Shown here: piece by piece, positions 10,280 through 22,944 of the stretch
Position numbering within the stretch: the stretch's first letter is position 1
Layout of the letters: each line of letters opens with the position of its first letter
Program-made: the position numbers and the translations under genes
Assembly (NCBI GenBank): GCA_951406725.2
Contig: OX597815.1
Span: forward strand, 103,416,001-103,480,000
Direction of reading: 5' to 3'
Source of the DNA: Octopus vulgaris
Taxonomy: Eukaryota
DNA: 64,000 bases
The notes under the pieces: model-generated
Told to the model about the DNA's origin: nothing
The model's database searches: none
The model's input: only the letters and a program-made list of their open reading frames with translations

Positions 10280-12260
10280 TTTCTCGTATGAAGTTCCGTT
10301 CTGTCAGCCATAATAATCATCCTTTACATTTAGGTTTCGGTTTCTGGCATGAAATAGCCATGTTATTCCTTTCCTTGCTAAATGTTTGTACTGTTCTTCC
10401 TTCCGTTCTTGAATCCTCCTACTCTTTCAGTAACTCTTTGGTCACTTTTAGCCGCCAAGAGTATTCTTTCTTCACTACGCTCACCATACTTTCTCAACTC
10501 CAATATCGCAGTAATAAAAGTGTCTTTTGTGTTTAGAAATCTCCATCCTTCCTTTCATTGTATGTTGGGTCAGCCAGTATTTCACGGTGTGCGTTGTGCA
10601 CTGTGGACAGCTTTCTAAGTTCTAAATTCTAACTTCAGTAGTTCGATTTTTGTTCATTTTAGAAAGGAAGCCGAACATATTGATATTTGCATAGCTCATA
10701 TATTTGTTACATTAAAAATATTCCTTCAGTTAGTCGCAGCATCGTGCCTAAAATTTTTGAATGTTTTGAAAATTTTTCAGAGAAATTTCCATGTCAATCC
10801 ATTTCATACTATTAAATCTCATCCGGTATTTACCATACAGGTGATTGCCTTGCATTTGGTTTAGCATGGCAATCTGTAACCCAACATTTTAGTTTAGTTT
10901 TAAGTGGTTGTTTTATTTATATTTTGTTATTAATAATTTCTCCTTAAAGCTGCTTTAGTCCACGTTATGTATTTTTGCATCATTAAAGTGAGAAAGAACA
11001 TTTTATTCTTTTGATCATATTTTGTAGTTATTTGTATGAATTTCTGCTACTTTTAATACCTATCTTTTCTAGTCCAACATCGGATATTTTATTACAGTTT
11101 AATATAGAATACTAATAGATTTATATGGTATTATAATAGTCTTATATGATATCTCACCATTTGCAGCAGATATTATCTTTTTATGTTAGACCTTGCATAC
11201 TATATACTAAGTACAGTCATTAGTTTTTTTTTCTTATCTAAACTGGCTAATTTACTAAGTATTCAGATGAGATTATAATAACTTTAAATTCACTTGGAAA
11301 GTTAGATTTCTGCTGCCTATCACCGTATTTACTGCGTTAAGTTTGCTTAACAAATATCTATTTGTTTGCTGCACATTTTTTAATTCGTTTCCAATATATT
11401 TTCTTCTTTGTATTCGCTGAGTGTCTTGTCATTTATTCATGACGTGTTTAATGTACTTGATTATCATTGCTTTTGATCTATATTTCTAGATCCTTGTAGA
11501 GGAAACACAGTTAACAGCATTCATATTTTATATCTATATCTCTACCTTCTGTATATTCTTTCTTTTTCTATAGTCTTCGGTTATGCATTTGTTAATCGCC
11601 AACTGACCGTGAACAATAGTAGAATCTCCTTTCTTTTCCTGGAAATATATTTTTCATATAATTATATATTTTCTGCGAGAATGCTGGGGTTAAAGATTTG
11701 TAAGTTGTTGGTAGAAAGGTAATGGTTCTGTTGTGCTTAACTTTGCTGTTTATTTGTTTTCTTCTCACCAGGATAGTTATGTATTTCAACCAGCTATTTC
11801 AATAGGCTGTTAAATATTAATGGCAGCATTTTAGTGTGCTTGTTAAAGGATATAACTATATAAGTTTGTGATTTTATCGTTTCTTGCGCTTTCCCACTGT
11901 TTGCTATTTGTAGCAGCTGGACTACTTCTTGAATTGATATCGCCTTCAATACCTTATGTGCTGCACTTGTGAAAAACCCCACGGGTGATGATATTTTCGA
12001 AGAATTTTCTACATCTCATATTGTTGGTATGACATTAAGTTTTGTTTATTTTCACCTAGTTCTTGATAAAATTGTTTGGAATGTTCTCCTTTTTTCCTTA
12101 ACTTATTTTATTTAGTCACTTTATCAAAGATTAGAGAATTTGTTACTTTAGTTTCCTTCATTTCACTATTAGTTCCGGGATTTCTATTTTCCTATATGAG
12201 CACATTTGAGAAACAATAACATTTGTCACTTCCAATTTTGTTACTGCATAGCATGTTATT
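10280..12260 (-). mobile_element. decayed R4/Dong-type LINE, RT region
   Basis: NRTITFLPTTYK (cf. RPITCLPTTYK) in ORF 11592..11789; KEGWRF (cf. KEGGRGL) near 10545; many stops. Confidence 0.6.
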
Positions 12261-13094
12261 TAGTTTATCATAGGTGGGGTGTTTATGAATGACACCTGCA
12301 CAAAGCTCACCATATAATTGCTTATATTTAGAATTTTCGACGGGGATTCTACCGAATGTAATGCAAACGCTGGTATATCTTTTATATTATCTGACACAAG
12401 TCACTCAGATTGCACATGTTGTAAGATTAACACTTTTAAAGCAATTTCTTTCTTGTTCTCAGTTGCAGATAGATAATGTGTTCCAAGCAAAACCAGCGTG
12501 CTGTCATTTAGTTCTTGACGAGGAAAGGGATAGGATATTTAACATGCACAGAAATCTACAGTTTGAACATAACGATGACACCAGTGACAAGTACAGATGG
12601 ACGAAGCAATCTGAATACGGCGGAACCGGAATTGAAGCTAAACTACCCAGTCAGAGAGCATCAACAACACTCTCTGACACATATCGCCAGTGAGGGTACG
12701 AAGTAATTTCTATATTTGCTCAGATCTGCTGGAAGTATCTGAAACCAGTGAAAAAACAATTATTTTTTGTTACCATCTAGTGAATGGGTATGAAACGTGG
12801 CCGCAGATTTATAATTCGAAAGCAAGCGTGCATGATGTGAATGGGATGAACCTGCTATACAGGAGTAAATCCTGGAACACCACACCAAGCGACACGACGA
12901 CTAAAGACAGAAGTAAAAAATGCACAGATACAAACGGTGTAATATACACAAAAATATCAAACATACCTATGATGAATATAAGAAATAGTGATACATAGGT
13001 AAACAAGCAAACAAACAAAAATTATATAAAGGGCACGGATACAAACACCACGTATAGATTCACGCACCAAGTATGGATTCAGGACATCCGTATA

Positions 13095-13244
13095 CCGCAA
13101 GCCAACATTTACTGGACGATACCTCAACTTCAATTCGGCATATCATGTGTGAAAGGCCTCTCCGAAAAGATACGAAAGATATGCTGCCCATATGACATCA
13201 GGACAGTATTCAAGAATAATACAACACTTTGCTAATATCTCCCT
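13095..13244 (+). mobile_element. Penelope-like RT C-terminal fragments
   Basis: PTFTGRYLNFNS joined to VKGLSEKIRKICCPYDIRTVFKNNTTL. Confidence 0.7.
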
Positions 13245-13326
13245 CAACAACAACAACAACAGTAGCAGCAGCAACAACAACTAAAACAATAATAATAATA
13301 GCAATAATAATAGCAATAATAATAGC

Positions 13327-13400
<74 letters not shown>

Positions 13401-13419
13401 CAACAACAACAACAACAAC
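13245..13419. repeat. (AAC)n/(AGC)n/(AAT)n compound microsatellite
   Basis: Direct reading. Confidence 0.97.
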
Positions 13420-13467
13420 ATCGAAAAATAAGTTGGGAGTGAGAAGCCAGGTTCGAAATTTCCCCAA

Positions 13468-13513
13468 GACACCTGAAGAAGGTTGGAGGGTATATCAGCC
13501 GAAACGTCGTGTT
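13468..13513 (+). ncRNA. minimal type-I hammerhead ribozyme
   Basis: Stem I gacac/gtgtt; CTGAAGA 13473-79 plus an extra A; stem II ggttgg/tcagcc; GAAA 13501-04; palindromic ACGT stem III; GUC site ending at 13508. Confidence 0.8.
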
Positions 13514-13544
13514 AACAACACACAAGATGAGAACAAATAATGTA

Positions 13545-13875
13545 TAAGTGGAGTAAACAAGTAATCATGATGGTTATGGAGTATTACCACCGGAACAGAG
13601 AGTACAGATGGTACAGAAAACGAGTGCACATTAAATGCAAGAAGTTTGAGGTCAATGAAGAAAGTAGACGTGATACCAATAGTAATTGGTGCACTTGGAA
13701 GTATCAGCACTCAACTACCAACATGGCTGAAAAAGATCGATGCAAGTGTGAAGGTAGAACACCTACAAAAATCAGCATTGCTTGGAATTGCAAGAATTCT
13801 TCGCAGGGTTCTTGGAACATGACTAGTAAACAAGTGTCACGTTAGTTTGCTGGTTGTGGACAGCTGACACTTTCC

Positions 13876-13876
<1 letters not shown>
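13545..13876 (+). mobile_element. internally deleted R4/Dong element (N-terminus fused to C-terminus) with 3' end at (AAT)n
   Basis: KWSKQVIMMVMEYYHR..WYRKRVH directly followed by SMKKVDVIPIVIGALGS...HLQKSALLGIARILRRVL*. Confidence 0.7.
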
Positions 13877-13972
<96 letters not shown>

Positions 13973-13992
13973 CAACAACAACAACAACAACG
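13877..13992. repeat. (AAT)n then (AAC)n microsatellite
   Basis: Direct reading. Confidence 0.97.
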
Positions 13993-14002
13993 ACAGTAAC
14001 AA

Positions 14003-14405
14003 TGCAATGATTCACCTGTCCGAACATTGGAAACCGAACATTCTTGTGGTGAGTAATAAATCGACATATCATGTCCAGTGACACCAGGATCAAAGAGAAA
14101 GACGAAAAGCTAAACAACCAGAAGGATTTGAAGTGGCAGTACGAACGTTGTAGTCAATGAAAAGAGTAGACATGATACGAATAATAATTGGTGCACTTGG
14201 AAGTATCAGTACTCAACGACCAACATGGCTCAAAAAGATTGGTAAAGATAGAACACCTACCAAAATCACCATTGCTTGGAACTGCATGAACTTTTTGCTG
14301 CGTTTTTGAAGTTTGACTAGTAAACAATGTCAACTTAGTCTACTGACTTTGGACAGCTGACACTTTCCATCATACCCAGTAAAAAAAAAGAAGCTGAGTT
14401 TTCAT
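14003..14405 (+). mobile_element. R4/Dong 3' fragment (RLE endonuclease + 3' UTR)
   Basis: EHWKPNILVV, IDISCPxDTRIKEK, IIIGALGS; homologous to 13650-13876; followed by (AAT)/(GAT)n. Confidence 0.75.
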
Positions 14406-14439
14406 ATAATAATGATGATTATGATGATGATGATGATGA

Positions 14440-14860
14440 TGCAAATATTCTGCTCAGTACCATAGATTTGCTTGTAAGTTGTTTGACCATAACCAGTTGA
14501 ACATATCAGTTGGTGGCTAACATGTGCATCGCTAATCACGAGCAGAGGAAGTCGGAGAGCATCATAGCCATGTGTTGCGAGGAATTCTTTGGAGTTTGAA
14601 TAATTCACCATTGGAAAAATGGGTGTTTCATTCAACATCCTTAAACAACCCTTATTCAGGGACTTTTTTTTAACAGAAAGGGCTACTCGACCTGAAGAAA
14701 ATTCTAACTGGGTCCCACCTGCAAGGTCATGCGCTGTTTATCTTGATATGGGATCACCATGTCGCGCACATATGGTTGTGATGCATGTACCTGGTGATCA
14801 GTAGTTATGATGGGCATGCTGGGCTTCATATATTTTACCCCAGTGTCACTGGTATGCACT
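14440..14860. repeat. unclassified interspersed repeat
   Basis: GC-richer island between simple repeats; no coding motif recognised. Confidence 0.3.
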
Positions 14861-14924
14861 GCTTTCTCTTTCTCTTTCTCTGTCTCCCTCTCACTCAATG
14901 ATAATAATAATTTCAAATTTTGGC

Positions 14925-15280
14925 ACTAGGCGTACGGAGTACGTCGGTATCATCAATACCATTGCTCGACTGTTACTTATCTTATGGATTCCAAAATGAT
15001 GAAAGGCGAAGTCGACATAAACAGCATTTGCACTGGGAACGTAAAGCCAGACGAAATGCTGTTAAGAATTTCTTCGATGTGCAAACGATTCTGCCAGTGG
15101 TTGAAGGTCTGAGGTTGGTGGCTAGTCGATATTGTCTATTCCAGTTGATTACTGTTACTGAATTCATCTACATCAAAATTATGGAAGGCAAAGATCAACT
15201 CAGAGGAATTTGAACACAGAATTGAGGTCAGACTAAATGCAGCTAAGCATTTTGTCTGGTGTGCTAACATTCCTGCAATA
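14925..15280 (-). mobile_element. two decayed family-A SINE copies
   Basis: ATGAAAGGCGAAGTCGAC (~14998) and GGAAGGCAAAGATCAACTCAGAGGAATTTGAAC (~15183) match the reverse complement of the family-A core and B-box. Confidence 0.6.
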
Positions 15281-15414
15281 AAAGTAATATTATGAGAACA
15301 AGCAGTATTGAGAATACATTAATGATAAACCGATAATAATAAGTCACAAGTATATGAAGAGACGAATTTAGACATATTATGGGTCACGAGGAATGAAAGC
15401 AATAACAAAATAAC

Positions 15415-15416
15415 AA

Positions 15417-15514
<98 letters not shown>

Positions 15515-15721
15515 TTACTACTACTACTACCGACAACATCACCACCACTACCACCACTACTACTAGCAGCAGCAGCAGTGGTAAAATATTGAAACGAGTA
15601 TTAAAATTATGAAGACACAATGATAATTGTATGAGCAGTTATAATTATGTGTGTGTGTGAGTGTGTGTAATGTACATATATGTACATAACCACACACACA
15701 CACATATGTATATATGTACAT

Positions 15722-15752
<31 letters not shown>

Positions 15753-15764
15753 CACATATACATG

Positions 15765-15809
<45 letters not shown>

Positions 15810-15900
15810 GTATATGCATATATAAAATATGTATATATGTATATGTGAATATATATGTCACACACGTATGTTTATGTGTTCGTATGCGCGTGTGGGTTTG
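15415..15900. repeat. (ACT)n followed by (TG)/(TA)n compound microsatellites
   Basis: Direct reading. Confidence 0.93.
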
Positions 15901-16607
15901 TGTTCATTTCCTTACCATATGCAAAGGAAGGTTGAAGACAAATAGGTAAGTGTACAATTGAGTGCGTATATTTGGGCATATTGGTACATTGTATGTGGAA
16001 GTATGCATTAGTCCCTCGTCTTATGTGATTCTGCATGTACATATAAATGCAAGAATGTGATTAGAATAATATAAAATCACAAAAACCACAAAATGAACAT
16101 ATTCCGAATATAGTAACCGCATTATACAATAGAATTTAGTGATATACTGACTTAGCAATGGTATTTATGATATCAATGGTCTTGATTATAGCGAACACAG
16201 TGGGGAGAGACATTGCATAAATGCGTTAGAGAAAAGACAAAAGCTGAAAATCTACATGACAACATCGTAAACCTTTTGATCTCAGAATGACTAGCACATG
16301 GTAACAGAGTGCTTCCTACTCAATTTATATGTGTATAATGTTTTTTCTACTTTCTACCAAGAGTTCTATACGTAAGATTTTGTGTTTATTTATTTTGTCC
16401 GTTCATTTTCTTGATATCTTTCTCTGTCTTTACGACTATTGTTTTGTTTCTTCTTGTAATCTATTTTTTAATTTTGTTCTTTATTATTCTCACCAGGTCT
16501 TGTATATCAGGACCTCGTTGCTGTATTTGGTAATCTTATGTATTCTTTTCCAATTTCTCGTAAGTATGTGTGTGCGTTTTAATGTTATACTTTATAAAAT
16601 TTTTCTC

Positions 16608-17157
<550 letters not shown>

Positions 17158-17699
17158 AATTATTAGGTTGAGGATGGTCGTTTATCCGCAACGTCTGTGT
17201 GTTAATATCATATGACAGATGCGCGAGAAGGTTACGTCAAAGCTTACGTTCAGTGGCTATGCCATATGATAGTCACAACAATAGCTATGAAGACTGGAGG
17301 TAGCCTTCGAATTAGAGCTCTTTTACCTTTTTATTGTATCCAGTAGCTGTGTGAGTATATAATCTTATTTAGTCAAGGAGTGGTGTCCTTTATGTGTGAT
17401 ACATTTATTTTTTTTTTATATTTTCAAAACGGTTTTAAAAAAATTGTTATTTTTAACCGATTTGCTGAGCATAATTGTTATGAATAGCTGCAGTTGCAAT
17501 TTGCTGAAAATTCTCAAGCGAATAAATATGATTATTTGGTTCTTAAATTTTCACTGCATCCATTTAAACATGCTGTGTTTACAGGGCAAATATAAATAAA
17601 GAGGCTTACATAGAAAGAAAGCGAGATAGAGTAAAAAAGAATGTGTGAGAGTGCAGTTGCGTATATACGAGTGTATGCCTGGTGTGCATGTATTAGATT

Positions 17700-18290
17700 A
17701 AACAAAATAACAAACACCTCAGACACTAATATGGAAAAGTAAAGAGATATTAGGGAAAATGAAATGAAGGTACTTGAAATTTGTTATGCCCAAAATTAAA
17801 GTATAACTAATGATCTTCTTCCTACTGATGAAAGTGATTCACGAGCAGGAACTTTCATGCAAAACATTCAAATTAAATAGCATGTTCAGTAGTGGTTTTT
17901 GTTTTCTATAAACTATATTATTTGTATTTTGTCTGTGGTCTAGTGTGCAGATAGATAAAGTCGCAAGACTAGAAAGTGGAGATTTTGCACATATATCCAA
18001 AAGTTCACTGAATGGGATTTGTTTAGTCCTGGTATCACGTATTTTATTGTCCTGCATTTATTCTTATCCTTTATGTGAGTTTCGCTTGCCCCATTTAACG
18101 TTCGCTGAATTCATTACATATAATGGCATATAATTCTAGGAAGACGTAAAGAGGGTTTTCACACCATAAACTTGCCCCAATTTTAATTGTGATGCGTTTT
18201 CAACAACCACACATCATACTTTTCAAAAATTTTCAACTGTAGTTATTCTTAACAGCTAGGCATTCCAAATACTTACAAGGTAACATTTCC
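17700..18290 (-). mobile_element. very decayed R4/Dong-like RT relic
   Basis: VNHFHQ*EDH*LY (cf. NHLLYMDDLKLY) near 17805-17845; FEKYDVWLLK (cf. AYDSVPHSWL). Confidence 0.4.
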
Positions 18291-18381
18291 TTTTCAACAG
18301 TTTTGACATTTTGGTACGAAGCAATGTATATATATATATATATATATATTATTATATTATATTATATGTATATATATATGT

Positions 18382-18421
<40 letters not shown>

Positions 18422-18434
18422 TATATCATATTAA

Positions 18435-18477
<43 letters not shown>

Positions 18478-19092
18478 CGCACACACACATTCATAAATGA
18501 CATAAAAAAGAAACCAGGCCATGGCTAAATAAGACAATTTACTCACACACCTCCAGTACAGAGCCAAAAAGCTAAAACAGCTCTAAATTCTCTTTTTATA
18601 ACTAATGTTTTGTCTGTCATATGACATATGTACTGCATATCAGCTTTGAGAACACCTTCTCGCGACACAGCTTCACATAACATGCATCTTTGCAAATCAA
18701 TTGTTTGGAAACTGCTTGAATGTGCGCGCGCGTGTGTGTGTGCACGCACGTGCGTGTGTGTATGAATGGATATAGATATAATCTTGCTAATACAGTTTTC
18801 TTGGATTTCAAGTAACGCCGGTCCATATTAGACGATATGCAGGAATAATTTGGTGCTATATTTACGGAAGGTGTTGAATGTATTCTGAGAGTGCTTATTG
18901 ATAACACATGCCCAAGAAATATATCATTGTATGCGATCTTATTATATTAATTAAATGCACGAATGAGGTCGTTATTCATTGTAGCATTCCGTTATTTGTT
19001 GACCCTTATTCAACACATTACGCCAGCAAATGATCGATTGCTTGCGCATTGTATTGAAATCCTTTCACGGATATTAAGATACCTACCTATCT

Positions 19093-19149
19093 ACATACAT
19101 ACATACAAACATACATACCTACATACATACCTACATACATATATATATA

Positions 19150-19182
<33 letters not shown>

Positions 19183-19231
19183 ATGTATGTATGTATGTAT
19201 GTATGTATGTATGTATGTATGTATGTATGTA
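19093..19231. repeat. (CATA)n/(TG)n/(TATG)n microsatellite
   Basis: Direct reading. Confidence 0.95.
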
Positions 19232-19864
19232 TTCTTGTATTCTTGTATATCTGGCTGTGAGCAGGGTGTAAAATTATTTGCATTGCTAATTGAAATTCAT
19301 ATTTCGTAGATATTTTGGTTAATGATTTATCCATACAACTTATTTTTATTTTAGGGTCATACACATATTATACATTGCATGCGAAATTTCATTGTTCGGT
19401 ATTCTATAAGCTTGCTATTTATTCATGTGATGTTGCCATAATATTTATTACGTTAAGAGATAAATATTTAAATGGCTAGTTAGTTGTTTTTTTATTTGCG
19501 GAGGCGGTTCTTAGGATTAATCTTTAAACATTTTAGGAGATAATAAAATTATTTACGAGGTAACCGGATTGCATTTTACATTTCTGTGTATGCTCTATCT
19601 ATCATTGCAATTGAAATTGCAATGATGTTCTTATGTGTTCTTGAGGAAGCCCATCTCCTACTTAGCTATGTTCATATATAATAATTAAGAAGATAATCTC
19701 ATGCTTGCACATATAGGAACTGATCCGTACACAACTCGAAGCCTGTGACTATAGCAAAAGATACTTGCTGGGGATGCCATGCAGGAGGAAACAAGCTTCT
19801 TACCACAAAGCCATGCCCGCACCTACGTACGAAAAATAATTAAACGGAATATATATCTGACACT

Positions 19865-21564
19865 TCTGTCTCCTTTCTTGACATTTCGGTCAGCATTCAT
19901 CACACCACTCTTACCACCTCCATCCACTACAAACACACAGACTCACACTCATACCTCAACTTCTCCTCCTCCCACCTCAAACACACCAAGCTTTCCATCC
20001 CCTATTCCTAATTCCCCCGTCTACGCAGGCTCTGTAGTGACAACAATGACTTTGAGACTCAGTCTCAACTCATGGTTCGCCAGTTCATCGTACGTGGATA
20101 TCCCCTCACCACTATCCACACCGCCCTTACCAGAGCACTTTCCGAGGACCATGCATCTGCTCTCTCACCCCGAACCCGCCCTTCAGTCTCCCGCCTCCTT
20201 TATCCCCCTCACCTATCACCCTACCTCTCCAATGCACCATTCTTCGAGCTTTCCGGCATCTCCAGTCCGACCCGTCCACTTCACACATCTTCCCTAACCG
20301 ACCCCTCCTCTCCTTCAAACGAGCCCACAACCTACGAGACCTCTTGGTCCACAGCTTCTTCCCCAGCCCTACCTCCTAACCTGGCTCGTTCCCCTGCTCC
20401 CGCCCATACCTCTCCAACACCACCCTCCTCACCGGCACCTATCATCGACCCTATCGCATCACCGACTCCTTCACCTGCACCTCCACCAATATCGTCTATT
20501 GCATCACCTGCTCTCTCTGCCATTCTCTGTACATCGGACAAACGGGACGCCGCCTGGCTGACAGGTTCGCCGGTCACTCTTTGCAACACCTGTCCGTGTT
20601 AGGATTGTCCTTCCACAAAGGCCATCCTGACTCCCGTTTGCGCCGTGAACAGGGATCTTCTCTCTTCGCTCCTTTACGCCATTTGGGCTCATTCTAACCT
20701 CTTCATCTAAACTCCTCCCTTTGCCTATCCCCCGCTCTCTTCTACTTCCTCCCACCGAACTCTCCTCTCTTATCCCGACTCCTACTTCTCTTTACTCCTA
20801 CTTCTCTTCACCCCTACTCTCTTTCCATCTTCTGTCTTACTCTCTTCTCTCTTTCTCTCTTCTCTCTTACTCTCTTTCTCTCTTCCCTCTTTCTCTCTTC
20901 TCTCTTACTCTTTCACCCTCTCTTTCTCTCTTCTCTCTTACTCTCTCTCCTCACATACCCACCTTCCCCTTCCCCCTTCATTATCAACACTCCCCCATAA
21001 GCCCACCCCACCCCTACACATTCCTACTCCACCTTCCCTATCCTTCCCATCCAGCCATCCCATCCCCCATCCTATCCCCTACACCCTCTCCTACATACCC
21101 CACCTCCCAACAACATCACACCACATCACACTACACCATAAAACATTACACATCACATCACAACACACCACCCACACACCAGCACTGACCAATGCCCATC
21201 CCTTCATTTTCTCACCTACACATACATACACGCACACGTCCAGACCACCAGCCCTCTTTCACACGCACTTGCATGCTCTCTTATACACACTACACCTTCG
21301 TGTTGGGGGTCATATTTACTTTATCTCCCCTACTTCTTCGCTCTCCTCTGTGACCGTTCTGTCCGACAGTCAGTCGTATAATAGATCATTAGCCACTACA
21401 CACATCTTTTTTCTCTCTCCTTGTTTTTCTGTGTCCCTTTCTGTTGAAGAGTGTTGGCTCGAACCGTAAAAGATTTTTTTCTATTCATGAGCGTTATACT
21501 AATACATCTGTAGTTTGTTTTGTACACCACCTGTCTTCGTCTTTTGTTTTTTCGTAAACTCTCC

Positions 21565-21566
<2 letters not shown>
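19865..21566 (+). mobile_element. Penelope-like element 3' part: RT C-terminus, GIY-YIG endonuclease, pyrimidine-rich 3' UTR, terminal repeat with hammerhead
   Basis: FLDISV..HYKHTDSHSYLNFSSSH (same lineage as 1-1226). TDSFTCTSTNIVYCITCSLCHSLYIGQTGRRLADRF at 20461-20570. Stops and deletions present. Ends at (TA)n. Confidence 0.88.
21437..21472 (+). ncRNA. hammerhead-like motif, U6 variant (mutated copy)
   Basis: cttt-CTGTTGA-A-gagt(gttg)gctc-GAAC-CGTA-aaag. Confidence 0.55.
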
Positions 21567-21629
<63 letters not shown>

Positions 21630-21639
<10 letters not shown>

Positions 21640-21852
21640 TGTATGTATATGTTTGTGTGTCTGTGTTTGTCCCCCTAGCATTGCTTGACAACCGATGCTG
21701 GTGTGTATACGTCCCCGTCATTAGCGGTTCGGCAAAACAGACCGTTAGAATAAGTACTGGGCTTACAAAGAATAAGTCCCGGGGTCGATTTTCTCGACTA
21801 AAGGCGGTGCTCCAGCATGGCTGCAGTCAAAATGACTGAAACAAGTAAAAGA
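21630..21852 (+). mobile_element. family-B SINE, 3' half
   Basis: Near-identical to 16960-17157. Confidence 0.9.
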
Positions 21853-21988
21853 GAGAGAGAGAAAGAGATATGTGTGTGTGTGTGTGTTTATGTATATACA
21901 TGTATATATATATACATATATATATATGTGTGTGTGTGTATGTATATACATGCATATATATATGTATATATGTGTATATATATATACG

Positions 21989-22035
<47 letters not shown>

Positions 22036-22108
22036 ATATTAGGGAATAAATCCAAACTTACAGGGAAAAATCAGATTTAGGATTGAATCCAATTTTATAG
22101 TAAAATAT

Positions 22109-22222
22109 TATATTATATTAAATTAGAGACAAAACCACTATTAGGCAAATCAAACAATGAAAAACTTAAGCCAATACTTGATTTGCCTGATAGTGGTTTT
22201 GTCTCTAATTTAATATAATATA
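22109..22222. repeat. inverted repeat, 45-bp arms, 24-nt spacer
   Basis: 22109-22153 matches the reverse complement of 22178-22222 with one mismatch. Confidence 0.92.
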
Positions 22223-22238
22223 TATATATATATATACA

Positions 22239-22944
22239 TACAGGATGGCGACAAAGTGCAGACGACTGGCTGGGTGGATCCTAAGAACATTCAGAACCAG
22301 AGATAAGGAAACCATGATTGTCCTCTGGCGGACATTCGTCCTCAACCGCCTGGATTACTGCTCACAGCTATGGTCACCCACCAGTGTAAAATTAACAGCG
22401 GACCTTGAAGCAATCCAGAGAAGATTCACAAAGAAGATCGTCTCTTTGCAACAGCTCAGCTACTGGGAAAGGTTGAAACAGCTAAGACTCTACTCCCTGG
22501 AGAGAAGACGGGAGAGGTATGCAGTAATATATGTCTGGAAGATCCTGGAAGGAATTGTGCCAAATTTTGGTATTGTAAGCTACACCAATGCTAGAACGGG
22601 ACGACACTGCATAGTGCCAAAGATCCTAGCAATGCCATCACGCTTCAGGACCAGCTTCTGCAACAGCCTGGGTTTCAAGGGCCCACAACTTTTTAATATT
22701 CTCCCAAAGAGTCTGAGGAACGTGCACAAAGTAGATGTAGCGGTTTTTAGATCAAAGCTGGACATCTTCCTGTCAAGAGTCCCAGATGAACCTACCTCAC
22801 GGCAAGAGGTGCAAATGAGAGTAGCTATATCAAACTCTATTCTTCACCAAGTGCCACATATTAGACGAGGTTCTTCGTAATAACAGTGTAGCACAAAAAG
22901 GCGGTGCATCAGCATGGCCGCAGCTCTGAGCTGAAACTAGAGAA
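22239..22944 (+). mobile_element. CR1/L2-group LINE, 5'-truncated 3' end (RT C-terminus + 3' tail)
   Basis: ORF 22245..22880 RLDYCSQLWSP..LEAIQRRFTK..SYWERLKQLRLYSLERRRER is uninterrupted; flanked by (TA)n on both sides. Confidence 0.9.
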
